The translations under genes and the position numbers were made by a program. Shown piece by piece: positions 1 through 9,111 of a DNA stretch of 64,000 nt. The stretch comes from Myxococcales bacterium (lineage in GTDB: Bacteria; Myxococcota; Myxococcia; Myxococcales; UBA5297). The notes beneath the pieces are model-generated. The model saw only the letters and a list, made by a program, of their open reading frames with translations, had not been told where the DNA came from and made no database searches. The stretch covers positions 2,004 through 66,003 of the forward strand of contig JBMNNX010000004.1 in assembly GCA_050942745.1 (NCBI GenBank). The letters are read 5' to 3'. The first letter of the stretch is position 1, and the number at the start of each line of letters is the position of its first letter.

Positions 1-3000
1 CGTTGGCGAAGTCCGGGCTCGGCGTCAGCCGATCGTCGTTCAGCGCCGCGGCGGTGCCGGGCGGCAGGGCGGGCTCGGGGACGACGCACAGCGGCTTCGA
101 GCCGCGGTAGAGCTCGAGGCGGCGCTCTCCGCAGATCAGCGCGACCTCGCCCGCGATCGCGCGACGGGACACGCGCCGGCGCGCGAGGGCCTCGCCGCGC
201 AGCGCGATCTCCGCGACCGCCGCCGTCGCCTCGTAGCGGCGGCGCGCCTCGAGCTCGGCCTCGAGGGCTCGGGTCACGTCCGCGCGCGCGCTCCAGCGCT
301 CGAGCGCGGCGAGCGACGCAGGATCGACGGCCAGCAGCGCCGGCTCGCGCGACGCCAGAGCGCCCTCGAGCGGCTCGGTCACGAAGGAGACGTTCGGCAG
401 CAGGTCGAGGTCGGCCGCGGAGAAGCTCCTGCCGTCGGTCGTCGCGAAGAGCCGCGCGTCGAGCAGCCGCTGCGAGATCTCGGGCGGGAGCTCGGCGTCG
501 AGCCGCCGGCCGAGCGCGTGCAGCAGGGCCTTGCGCGCGCCCGGCTTGGAGAGGTCGTGCAGCGCCGTGCTCACGAGGCGCTTCATGCCCTCGGCGAGCA
601 GCGACACGAGATCTTGCTCGAGGTGCGGCAGCTCGAACCTCAGCTCGCCCTCGGCCGAGACGGCGGCGGTGGCGACGTCGAAGCCGGGGGCGGTGAGCTC
701 TACTGCGCCGCGCAGCGGCAGGGCGCAGGGGAGCGTCCAGCTCTGGAGCGGCCGACCTTCGAAGAGGACGTCGATCCGGGCGCTCTGGCCGCGCTGCTCC
801 TCGAGGCCAAGGAGGCCGCGGAGGACCACGCCGTCCACCGGGATCTGTGGCCGGACCTCGTCCGGCAGCGCCAGGGCCTGCTCGGGCAGGGCGCGGAACG
901 CGCGGCGGATGTCGATCCTCGCCAGCTCGTTCCGCGCATCGCGCGCCGGGACCTGAAGGATTTCGCTGAGCAGCGCTGCGAGCTCGGGCGAAGCGGCGAC
1001 GACGGTGAGCTGTGGTGCGACCTGCGCAGGGAGTGCCTCCAACACCCAGAGCGGACCCTCGCCCACGGCCTTCGAGAGCTGGGAGAGCGAGAGGATCCCG
1101 CTCGAGGTGCGGAGCAGCGGAGCCTCGAGGACGGCCCGCTGGATCTCGTCAGGCTCGTCGAGCCGGCGCGCCCCGGCGAGCTCGTGTCGCAGGAAGGCCT
1201 CGAGGAAGTCGCGCGGCCCTGGCGCGAGTTGATCGAGGGTCCTGCCGGCCGACTGCTTCACCAGATCGGCGACGACGCGGCGCTCTCCCTTTCGCACCGC
1301 GCCGACGACCGCGTCGAAGGCCTCGTCGCGGACGGCGCTGCGACAGTCGTCGTCGGCCGGCTTCAGGCTCGGGCATTCGACGGCGGCGACGGCCGGTCCG
1401 AAGCGCGGCGGCAGCGCGCAGGTCTCGAGCGCGAACCCGTCGCGCAGCAAGAGCAGCTCGAGGCCGGGGCGCGGCTCGGCCGGCACCGCCACCTCGCCTC
1501 GGATGTCGCTGGCCTCTATCGGCGCGGACGCCGCCTTGCGCGCGAGCACGCGGGGCTCTTCGCGCGGGCCGGCGAGCCGCACGCGGATTTCGAGCTCGCG
1601 CGCGAGCTGCTCGACGCAGGGGACGAGGCGGCGCCGCCCGAGCAACCGGGCGAGCAGCGCCGGCTCGCCTTCGCGCAGGACGACGACCGGGCGCCCGTCG
1701 AGCGCAGGGTGGGGCCAGGGCTGCAGGACATAGCGGCAGACCGGCGCCTCGAGCAGCTCGCCGAGCGAGACGCGCCGCTGGTCGCCGGCGAGGGCGAAGA
1801 GCTTGGCGTCCCTCATTGCCGCCGGGAGTCCCGGCGCGGGGGCGCGCTTGAGGATCAGCGGCAGCAGGTCCCGGGCGTGCGCGAGCAGCGCCTCGGGCGG
1901 CGGCGACGAGCGCTCCAGCGCCTCGAGAATCGCCCGCGCGCAGGTTTCGGCCAGGACGCGCGCGTGCCGGGCCTTCAGCTCGATCGGGTACTGAATCCAC
2001 GCCCGCTCCGGCAGCGGCTGCTTCAGGTCGAGCACCGCCCGAGGGCGCAGCGCGCCCAGCTCGAGCCTCGCCTGCTGCACGAAGCGGCCCTTGCAGAGCA
2101 GGCGCAGCTCCCCGGCGCCGCCGCCCGCGCAGAAGGCGACCTCTCCGGCCACCTGGTCATCGGCGAAGGCGGCGCGTGCGACCACGTCGTCGCGCTGCGG
2201 GAGCGCCGCCTCCTCGACCGGATTGCGCGCCCAGGCCTCCAGGCGCGCCTGTGCCCGGCGAAGCGCGCGCGCCTCATCGGCCACGTCGAGCCGGGGCTCG
2301 CCGGGCAGCAGCCGCGCGAGCGGCGTCGATCCGGCGAGGAGAATCGCCGGTCCCGTGTAGCTCCCCGCGGGCAGCGGGCGGGTGGCGAAGCGAAGCCTGC
2401 GCCCAGCCTTCGCCTCGGCGCGAAAGGCCGCCACCGAAGTCCACTCGCCGGCGGGACCCGGCAGGATCGGGGCCGAATCGAGGACCTGGCGCGCTCTCGG
2501 ATCGAGGGGCGGGGCGCCGTCCGCGGCGGCGCGCAAAGCAGCCTCGGCCAAGAGCGCCCGGACCCGCTCGTCGGGGCCGCGAGCCAGGCCCGTGGCCAGA
2601 TCTGCGAGCAGCTCGACGCACAGCGAGCGCAGGCCCGAGAGGAGCGCCTCGTACCGCGGATCGCTCTCGGCGATGTCCGAGCCCGACGCGTTGCGCTGGA
2701 GCTGGTCGTCGCGCGCCCAGGCCACCACCTGCACCAACGGCAGCTCGAGCTCGCGGGTGATGACCGTCGCTCCGAGCACCTCGAGCGTCAGCCGCGAGAG
2801 CGCGAGCGGCGCGGCGGGGACGGCGGCGACGATGCGCACCGGTCCGAAGGTCGCCTCCTCTTGCAGCAGGGTGGGCAGATCGAAGGTGATCGTGCCCTGG
2901 TCGATGCGCTCGCCGTTGACCGTGAGCCGGGCCGGGAACTGGCGGGCGCAGCGGGCGATCACCTCGGCCTCGGCCGGCCCGGTGAGGCCCTTCTTCAGGA

Positions 3001-3481
3001 CCCGCCAGCCGAGCCGCTCGCGCACGTGCAGCTCGGTTCCCTTCACCGGCGTCGGAAGCTTGCGGAGCTCGGCGCGTCCGCCCTGGCGCAGCTCGAGCTC
3101 GACCTCGCCCGAGCGGATGCGGATCCAGGCCGGTTTCAGCGCGAGCGCGCCGGCGGTGCCCAGCGCGAGCAGGCGCAGCCGTACGCCGTCCTCGCCGGCG
3201 TCGCTGCCGAGCGCGTGGCCGAGCAGGTCGCGCATCGCCGCGGCGGGGAACGGCGCGCCGTCGAAGGAGAGCTCGAAGTCGTCGGCGTCGGCGCGCACCG
3301 CGACCTTGCGGGCGCCCGAGGCGGCTGCGGCCCGCAGCAGCTCGAGGACGTAGTGGCTCGGGTCGGCGAGCCGGTGGTCGCGTAGCTTGGCGAGGGCTCG
3401 CTCGCCGTCGATGCGGATGTGGCCTTCGTCCACCCTCTCGGTCGAGGCGCGCAGGCGGGCGGTGAGGTCGCGGAGGGTCAT
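1..3481 (-). CDS. Large hypothetical protein (>1160 aa, 3' end outside window) with a degenerate GHKL/Hsp90-like N-terminus
   Basis: Absent from the ORF track because its stop lies left of the window. My manual reverse-strand translation from ATG 3481..3479 (MTLRDLTARLRASTERVDEGHIRIDGERALAKLRDHRLADPSHYVLELLRAAAASGARKVAVRADADDFELSFDG...) found no stop down to position 1. The start overlaps the upstream stop (ATGA at 3478-3481). The 955-aa plus-strand ORF 518..3385 is its antisense shadow. Confidence 0.75.
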   Translation of the reverse strand, partial: MTLRDLTARLRASTERVDEGHIRIDGERALAKLRDHRLADPSHYVLELLRAAAASGARKVAVRADADDFELSFDGAPFPAAAMRDLLGHALGSDAGEDGVRLRLLALGTAGALALKPAWIRIRSGEVELELRQGGRAELRKLPTPVKGTELHVRERLGWRVLKKGLTGPAEAEVIARCARQFPARLTVNGERIDQGTITFDLPTLLQEEATFGPVRIVAAVPAAPLALSRLTLEVLGATVITRELELPLVQVVAWARDDQLQRNASGSDIAESDPRYEALLSGLRSLCVELLADLATGLARGPDERVRALLAEAALRAAADGAPPLDPRARQVLDSAPILPGPAGEWTSVAAFRAEAKAGRRLRFATRPLPAGSYTGPAILLAGSTPLARLLPGEPRLDVADEARALRRAQARLEAWARNPVEEAALPQRDDVVARAAFADDQVAGEVAFCAGGGAGELRLLCKGRFVQQARLELGALRPRAVLDLKQPLPERAWIQYPIELKARHARVLAETCARAILEALERSSPPPEALLAHARDLLPLILKRAPAPGLPAAMRDAKLFALAGDQRRVSLGELLEAPVCRYVLQPWPHPALDGRPVVVLREGEPALLARLLGRRRLVPCVEQLARELEIRVRLAGPREEPRVLARKAASAPIEASDIRGEVAVPAEPRPGLELLLLRDGFALETCALPPRFGPAVAAVECPSLKPADDDCRSAVRDEAFDAVVGAVRKGERRVVADLVKQSAGRTLDQLAPGPRDFLEAFLRHELAGARRLDEPDEIQRAVLEAPLLRTSSGILSLSQLSKAVGEGPLWVLEALPAQVAPQLTVVAASPELAALLSEILQVPARDARNELARIDIRRAFRALPEQALALPDEVRPQIPVDGVVLRGLLGLEEQRGQSARIDVLFEGRPLQSWTLPCALPLRGAVELTAPGFDVATAAVSAEGELRFELPHLEQDLVSLLAEGMKRLVSTALHDLSKPGARKALLHALGRRLDAELPPEISQRLLDARLFATTDGRSFSAADLDLLPNVSFVTEPLEGALASREPALLAVDPASLAALERWSARADVTRALEAELEARRRYEATAAVAEIALRGEALARRRVSRRAIAGEVALICGERRLELYRGSKPLCVVPEPALPPGTAAALNDDRLTPSPDFAN

Positions 3482-5067
3482 GACAGGAGCACGGTCTCGG
3501 TTGCCTTCCAGTACGTGTGCTCGTCGAGGCGGCCGAAGCGCAGCGCGAGGAGCCGGAAGACGAGGAGCGCGGCGAGGTGCGGGCCTGTCGCCGCGAGTTG
3601 GATGGCGCGCGCGACGCGCCGGTCGGCGCCGTTGAGGCACAGCAGCGCGGGCGCGGGCGAGGCGAACGGCGAGCGCAGCGCGTCGGCGGCCGCCGCGGGC
3701 CGGCCGAAGTCCTCGACGCAGACGCAGAGGCGGCGGGCTCCGGCGCCGAGCACCTCGCCCACCTGGACGCGCCCGGCGCGGCACCCGGCGGCGTCGAGCA
3801 GCGACTGCAGCGCCAGGCAGAGCACGGGCGCCGCGTCGTCGCGCGAGCGGCGGAGCGCCATCGCGAAGGCGTCCGAGACGCGAAGCGCCTCGGGCAGCTC
3901 GAGGCTCTCGCGGGCGCGCTCGATCGGCCGCAGGGAGGAGTCGGCGAGCAGCACGTTGGTGCCCTGCGCGAGGAGCGCGTCAACGAGCGGGTCGCGCCCG
4001 TGGGCGAAGAGTAGTGCTCGCCGCGCTCGGCGCAGGGCCTTGCCCTGGACTCCGGGGCCGCTCGGTTGGCGCAGCCACAGCTTGTCGGGCGGCAGGCGCG
4101 TGCGCGCGAAGCTCAGCAGGGTCAGGTAGTCGTCCCACGAGCCTTCGCCGTCGGCCGACCGCCGCAGCTCTCCGGGCAGCCGGCGCATCAGCGGACCGTC
4201 GATGAGCTTGCGTGCCGAGGCGAGGACGCGCTCGAAGCTCGCGTCGCGGCGCACGTTGTCGCGGGTCAGCGTGTGCTCGAGCCGCGAGGAGATGACCTTG
4301 AGGGTGACGCCGGGGAAGAAGGGCTCCTGCGTCTCGAGGAGGGTCAGGCCGCGGTTGTAGAAGCCGTAGGTGGGCGGATCGATGCGCGAGGGCCCGGCGA
4401 GGATCTGCGTGTGGCGGTCGCGGTACTCGACGGCGAAGGGCGCGTCGAGGGTGAAGGGCTCGCGCACGAGCCTAGCGGCGTCCGGAGGCGAGCCGTCGGC
4501 GCCGCCGGCGGCGAAGCTGATCTCGACATCCGAGTGCCGGCACCCCCGGCGCAGCGCGTCGAAGGAGCTCTTCACGAAGGCGGAGTAGTCCGGGGCGCTC
4601 AGCTCCTTGTGGAGCACGACGCGGGTCCCGCGCATCGCCTCGGGGCGGCGCAGCAGCTCGTAGCGGTGATCGGGGTGGAGCAGCAGCCGCCAGGCCTCGT
4701 CGCCGCGGCCGGTCTCGACGACCACGAGCTCCGGACCGGGAGCGAAGACGCTCATGAAGCCGATGCCGAACTTGCCGATCTTGGTCGGATCCTTCTCCTT
4801 GCTCGAGCGGAACTTGGTCAGCAGGAACCTCTCGATGACCTCGCGGTTCATGCCCTCGCCCCAGTCCTGGACCTGGACGGTGGCCAGGCCGCGGGGCAGG
4901 GCGGGCTCGAAACGGAGCGAGATCTCGACGCGCTCCGAGCCCGCGTCGATCGCGTTCTGGACGAGCTCCCGATAGAAGGCGAACGGGTCCGAGAACTGGT
5001 GGACCAGCTCCTGGAGCATCTCTCGGGTCGCCGCGGGCACCGGCTGGGACATGGCGCGCGCCATCAT
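3478..5067 (-). CDS. Hsp90/HtpG-like GHKL ATPase domain protein
   Basis: ORF 3478..5190 trimmed to the ATGATG at 5067. GHKL motifs: YRELVQNAIDAG (motif I), QDWGEGM (motif II), KIGKFGIGFMSVF (G2 box). Translationally coupled to the downstream large gene. Confidence 0.85.
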   Translation of the reverse strand: MMARAMSQPVPAATREMLQELVHQFSDPFAFYRELVQNAIDAGSERVEISLRFEPALPRGLATVQVQDWGEGMNREVIERFLLTKFRSSKEKDPTKIGKFGIGFMSVFAPGPELVVVETGRGDEAWRLLLHPDHRYELLRRPEAMRGTRVVLHKELSAPDYSAFVKSSFDALRRGCRHSDVEISFAAGGADGSPPDAARLVREPFTLDAPFAVEYRDRHTQILAGPSRIDPPTYGFYNRGLTLLETQEPFFPGVTLKVISSRLEHTLTRDNVRRDASFERVLASARKLIDGPLMRRLPGELRRSADGEGSWDDYLTLLSFARTRLPPDKLWLRQPSGPGVQGKALRRARRALLFAHGRDPLVDALLAQGTNVLLADSSLRPIERARESLELPEALRVSDAFAMALRRSRDDAAPVLCLALQSLLDAAGCRAGRVQVGEVLGAGARRLCVCVEDFGRPAAAADALRSPFASPAPALLCLNGADRRVARAIQLAATGPHLAALLVFRLLALRFGRLDEHTYWKATETVLLS

Positions 5068-5284
5068 TGACGAGCATCCGGTTCGGCCAGGGCGAAGGCT
5101 CGGCCGCGCGCCCCCTTCCCCGGCCGGTCGCGCTCGACGCCGTCGCGCTCCTGCCGGCCTTGCCGCGCGAGGAGCGCTGCCCACCCGCACCCGCCGCGCC
5201 TCGCGCCCGCGCGCCGGCCTTGTCGCCCGGATTCGGCGACGGTCGAGTCTATCGGCGGCGCTTCGCGCGCGGGGCTTGTCTTTG

Positions 5285-5305
5285 TTAGTGTATGCGGTAC
5301 ACTAA
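5285..5305. promoter_or_regulatory. Predicted NrtR operator (21-bp palindrome TTAGTGTA-tgcgg-TACACTAA)
   Basis: Perfect 8+5+8 inverted repeat with a GTGT-N7-ACAC core. It ends 23 bp upstream of the pncB ATG at 5328. Related sites lie upstream of nrtR at 15993-16035. Confidence 0.6.
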
Positions 5306-5327
5306 GGTCGAGCCCAAGGAGGCCCCG

Positions 5328-6803
5328 ATGCGCATCCCGACCGAGCTTTACCGACCCTCGCTGGCGCTGCTGACCGACCTTTACCAGCTCACCATGGCTC
5401 ACGCGGCCTGGCGCGCGGGAGTCGCCGAGCAGGAGGCGGTCTTCCACCTCTTCTTCCGCAAGAACCCCTTCGGCGGCGGCTTTGCGCTCGCCTGCGGGCT
5501 CGACCCCGCGCTGGATCTCCTCGGCGGCCTCCGCTTCGACGAGGACGACCTCGGCTACCTGGGCAGCTTGACCGGCTCCGACGGCAAGCCGCTCTTCGCG
5601 CCCGAGTTCCTCGACTACCTGCGCGACACGCCGCTCGCGCTCGACGTCGATGCGCTGCCCGAGGGGACGGCCGTCTTCCCCCAGGAGCCGCTGATGCGCG
5701 TGCGCGGCCCCATCGTCGCCTGCATGCTCGCCGAGACCCCGCTGCTCAACCTGGTCAACTTCCAGACCCTGACCGCCACCAAGGCCGCGCGTATCCACCT
5801 CGCCGCCGGCGGCGAGCCGGTGCTCGAGTTCGGGCTGCGTCGCGCCCAGGGCATCGACGGCGCGCTCGCCGCGAGCCGCGCGGCCTACGTCGGCGGCTGC
5901 GCGGCGACCTCCAACGTCCTCGCCGGCCGGCTCTTCGGCATCCCGGTGCGAGGCACCCACGCGCATAGCTGGGTGATGCTCTTCGACGACGAGCGCGAAG
6001 CGTTCGATGCCTACGCGCGGGCGATGCCCAACAACTGCGTCTTCTTGGTCGATACCTACGACTCGCTCGAAGGCGTGCGCCGCGCGGTCGAGGTCGGGCG
6101 CTGGCTGCGCGAGCACGGCCACCAGCTCCACGGCATCCGCCTCGACTCGGGCGATCTCGCACAGCTCAGCGTCGAGGCCCGGCGCATCCTCGACGAGGGC
6201 GGCTTCCCCGAGGCGCGCGTCTACGCCAGCAACGATCTCGATGAGGAGGTCATCGCCAGCCTCAAGAGCCAGGGCGCGGCCATCGCGGTCTGGGGCGTGG
6301 GCACCCGGCTCGTCACCGCGCACGGCGATCCTGCGCTCGGCGGCGTCTACAAGCTGGCCGCCGTGCGCCGGCCCGGCGAGCAGTGGCGCTACCGAATCAA
6401 GGTGTCCGAGCAGGCGATCAAGACCTCGACCCCGGGCATCCTGCAGGTGCGCCGCTTCGAGCTCGGCGGCCGGTGCGTCGCCGACGGGATCTTCGACGAG
6501 CAGCAGGGCTGGTGCCCGGGGCCCGAGCGCGTCGTCGTCGATCCGCTGGAGCCGACGCGGCGCACGCGGATTCCCGCCGAGGCCGAGGCGCGAGACCTGC
6601 TCGTCCCCGCGCTGCGAGCCGGCCGGCGCGTGCTCGCGCCCGAGCCGCTCGCCGAGACCCGGCGCCGCGCCCAGACCGAGCTCGCCGCGCTGCCGGTCGG
6701 GGTGAAGCGCTTCCTCAACCCTCACCTCTACCCGGTCGGCCTCGAGCCGGGGCTCCACGAGCTGAAGACGAGGATGATCCTCGAGGCCAGGAGGCCCGCA
6801 TGA
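5328..6803 (+). CDS. pncB: Nicotinate phosphoribosyltransferase
   Basis: ORF 5292..6803. Family-typical LLTDLYQLTMAHAAW, FGLRRAQG, GTHAHSW, FLVDTYD, GIRLDSGD. I prefer the start at M13 (5328) because AAGGAGG lies at 5316-5322 and the ATG at 5292 sits inside the palindrome. Confidence 0.93.
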   Translation: MRIPTELYRPSLALLTDLYQLTMAHAAWRAGVAEQEAVFHLFFRKNPFGGGFALACGLDPALDLLGGLRFDEDDLGYLGSLTGSDGKPLFAPEFLDYLRDTPLALDVDALPEGTAVFPQEPLMRVRGPIVACMLAETPLLNLVNFQTLTATKAARIHLAAGGEPVLEFGLRRAQGIDGALAASRAAYVGGCAATSNVLAGRLFGIPVRGTHAHSWVMLFDDEREAFDAYARAMPNNCVFLVDTYDSLEGVRRAVEVGRWLREHGHQLHGIRLDSGDLAQLSVEARRILDEGGFPEARVYASNDLDEEVIASLKSQGAAIAVWGVGTRLVTAHGDPALGGVYKLAAVRRPGEQWRYRIKVSEQAIKTSTPGILQVRRFELGGRCVADGIFDEQQGWCPGPERVVVDPLEPTRRTRIPAEAEARDLLVPALRAGRRVLAPEPLAETRRRAQTELAALPVGVKRFLNPHLYPVGLEPGLHELKTRMILEARRPA

Positions 6804-8767
6804 AGCTCGTCAAAATCGCCGCCGCCGCGCTCAACACCCCCCCGCTCGACTGGAAGGGAAACCTCGACAAGGCGCTCGCGTGCATCGAGGAGGCCCGCGC
6901 GCAGGGCGCGAGCCTGCTGTGCCTGCCCGAGCTGTGCCTGCCCGGCTACGGCTGCGAGGACGCCTTCCACGCCCGCGGGGTCCAGGAGCGCGCGCTGCGC
7001 TCGCTCGAACAGATTCTGCCCGCGACGCGCGGGATGGTCGTCTCGCTCGGCCTGCCGCTGGCGTACCAGAACGCGCTGCTCGACGCCGCTTGCCTCATCG
7101 CCGACGGCCGGCTGCTCGGGTTCGTGCCCAAGCAGCACCTCGCCGGCGACGGCATCCACTACGAGCCGCGGTGGTTCAAGCCCTGGCCGGCCGGCCGGCG
7201 CGCGAGCGTGACGTTCGCCGGCGAGCGGGTGCCGCTGGGCGACCTCGTCTTCGAGGTCGGCGGGGTGCGCCTCGGCTTCGAGATCTGCGAGGACGCCTGG
7301 GTCGCCCAGCGCCCCGGCGCCGCGCTGGCGCGGCATGGCGTAGACATCATCCTCAACCCCAGCGCGAGCCACTTCGCCTTCGGCAAGCGGGCCATCCGCG
7401 AGCGCCTGGTGGTCGAGGGCTCGCGCGCCTTCGGCGTCAGCTACGTCTACTCGAACCTGCTCGGCAACGAGGCGGGGCGTGTGGTCTACGACGGCGGCAC
7501 GCTCCTCGCCTCCGGCGGACGGATCATCGCGCGCGGCCCGCGCTTCTCCTTCCTGCCGACGCGGGTGACGAGCGCGGTCATCGACGTGGACGCCACGCGG
7601 ACGGTGCAGGTCCGCACCGCCAGCTTCGAGCCGGACTTCGCCGCCGACGAGGGTTGCGTGCGCGCGCACTTCGGGTGGCCGAAGGTGGCGCTCGAGGCCT
7701 CGCGGCCGGCGCCCGAGCCGATGGACACCAAGGAGGAGGAGCTCGCCCGCGCCGTCGCGCTCGGCCTCTTCGACTATCTGCGCAAGAGCCACGCCGAGGG
7801 CTTCGTCGTCTCGCTGAGCGGCGGTGCCGACTCCTCGGCGGTCGCCTCGCTCTGCGCGCTGACGGTGCAGCTCGCCTGGGCCGAGCTCGGGCGCGAAGGC
7901 TTCGCCGCAGCGCTCTCGCACGTGCGCGGGATAGGCGAGGCGGCGAGCGCGCGCGATGCGGTCCGCCGGCTGCTCACCTGCGTCTATCAGGCGACACGCA
8001 ACAGCACCGACACCACGCGCAACGCCGCCCGCACCCTCGCCGAGGCGCTCGGCGCCGAGCACATCGAGCTCGACGTTGAGGCGATGGTCGCCGGCTACCG
8101 GGCGCTGGTGGAGAAGGGAATCGGCAGGTCGTTCGACTGGGCGACCGACGACCTGACGCTGCAGAACATCCAAGCTCGGGCGCGCGGGCCGAGCGTCTGG
8201 ATGATCGCCAACGCCCGCAACGCGCTGCTGCTCGCCACCAGCAACCGCTCCGAGGCCGCGGTCGGCTACGCCACGATGGACGGTGACACCTGCGGCGGCC
8301 TGAGCCCCATCGCCGGCGTGGACAAGGCCTACCTGCGCCACTGGCTGCGCTGGCTCGAGAAGACCGGGCCCAAGGGGCTGCACCCCATCCCCGAGCTCGA
8401 GGCGGTCAGCGCCCAGGCGCCGACCGCCGAGCTGCGCCCGCCCGACAGCAATCAGACCGACGAGGCGGACCTCATGCCGTACGAGGTCCTCGACGCCATC
8501 GAGCGCTTCGCCAGCCGCGACAAGCAGCTACCGCTCGAGGTCTACGCGCGGCTCGTGGCTGAGTTCCCCGCCCGCGAGCCGCGGCAGCTCGCCGCCTGGG
8601 TGGTTCGCTTCTTCAGGCTCTGGTGCCGCAACCAGTGGAAGCGCGAGCGCTACGCGCCCTCGTTCCACCTCGACGACGAGAACCTCGACCCGCGCTCCTG
8701 GTGCCGCTTCCCGATCCTGTCGAGCGGGTTCGAGGAGGAGCTCGAAGAGCTAACGAAGAACATATAA
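6800..8767 (+). CDS. nadE: Glutamine-dependent NAD+ synthetase (CN-hydrolase plus NAD synthase domains)
   Basis: In frame within ORF 6383..8767. Starts MKLVKIAAAALNTPPLDWKGN...LPELCLPGYGCED (nitrilase-like domain), then SLSGGADSS (PP-loop). The ATG at 6800 overlaps the pncB TGA (ATGA). Confidence 0.93.
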   Translation: MKLVKIAAAALNTPPLDWKGNLDKALACIEEARAQGASLLCLPELCLPGYGCEDAFHARGVQERALRSLEQILPATRGMVVSLGLPLAYQNALLDAACLIADGRLLGFVPKQHLAGDGIHYEPRWFKPWPAGRRASVTFAGERVPLGDLVFEVGGVRLGFEICEDAWVAQRPGAALARHGVDIILNPSASHFAFGKRAIRERLVVEGSRAFGVSYVYSNLLGNEAGRVVYDGGTLLASGGRIIARGPRFSFLPTRVTSAVIDVDATRTVQVRTASFEPDFAADEGCVRAHFGWPKVALEASRPAPEPMDTKEEELARAVALGLFDYLRKSHAEGFVVSLSGGADSSAVASLCALTVQLAWAELGREGFAAALSHVRGIGEAASARDAVRRLLTCVYQATRNSTDTTRNAARTLAEALGAEHIELDVEAMVAGYRALVEKGIGRSFDWATDDLTLQNIQARARGPSVWMIANARNALLLATSNRSEAAVGYATMDGDTCGGLSPIAGVDKAYLRHWLRWLEKTGPKGLHPIPELEAVSAQAPTAELRPPDSNQTDEADLMPYEVLDAIERFASRDKQLPLEVYARLVAEFPAREPRQLAAWVVRFFRLWCRNQWKRERYAPSFHLDDENLDPRSWCRFPILSSGFEEELEELTKNI

Positions 8768-8780
8768 ACGAGTGCGGTTG

Positions 8781-8823
8781 GTAGGGGCGCATGGCAATGC
8801 GCCCGGCCTCGCAGGCCTCGGGT
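8781..8823. repeat. REP-like palindromic element (family D), core hairpin gggcgcat-ggca-atgcgccc at 8785-8804
   Basis: Perfect 8-bp stem with a 4-nt loop, 18 nt after the nadE stop. The whole ~43-bp element recurs in reverse orientation at 38053-38097. Confidence 0.7.
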
Positions 8824-9111
8824 CCGAAAAGGTGCACGGCCGTGCGTCAGGTCGAACCGGCCGCAGAGACGGTCCGTCCTCAATTCGCGTTCCGCGCAAC
8901 GAGATCGCGAGCGCCGCCACCGAACGTCGGAGGGCCCTTACGTGAAACGACCTGCGCAATCGAGGGCCGGAGGTCCGGCGTCCTGCCGGCCAGCCTTCGC
9001 GTAGTGGTTGCCATGTTGACGCGTGACCGGGCCGTCGAGAAGGCGGCTCTCCCACCTCGTCGCTGCGCGCGGCCTGTCTCGGCTGGCAGCGCGCGTGCGC
9101 TGGAACGAGGC

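Noticed and set aside
518-3385. 955-aa plus-strand ORF, the longest ORF in this region of the track
   Set aside because: Its Arg/Glu/Gln/His-rich, motif-free composition is typical of an antisense shadow. The minus strand carries a clean, codon-biased frame that starts at 3481 and is coupled to the upstream gene.
5292-5327. ATG at 5292 as the pncB start
   Set aside because: It lies inside the 21-bp palindrome. AAGGAGG at 5316-5322 serves the ATG at 5328.
5064-8383. Minus-strand ORFs 5064..6758 (564 aa) and 6728..8383 (551 aa)
   Set aside because: They are antisense to the well-supported pncB and nadE genes and have junk-like composition.
8785-8804. Hairpin after nadE as a classical intrinsic terminator
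   Set aside because: No U tract follows it, and the element is a dispersed repeat. I kept it as REP-like only.
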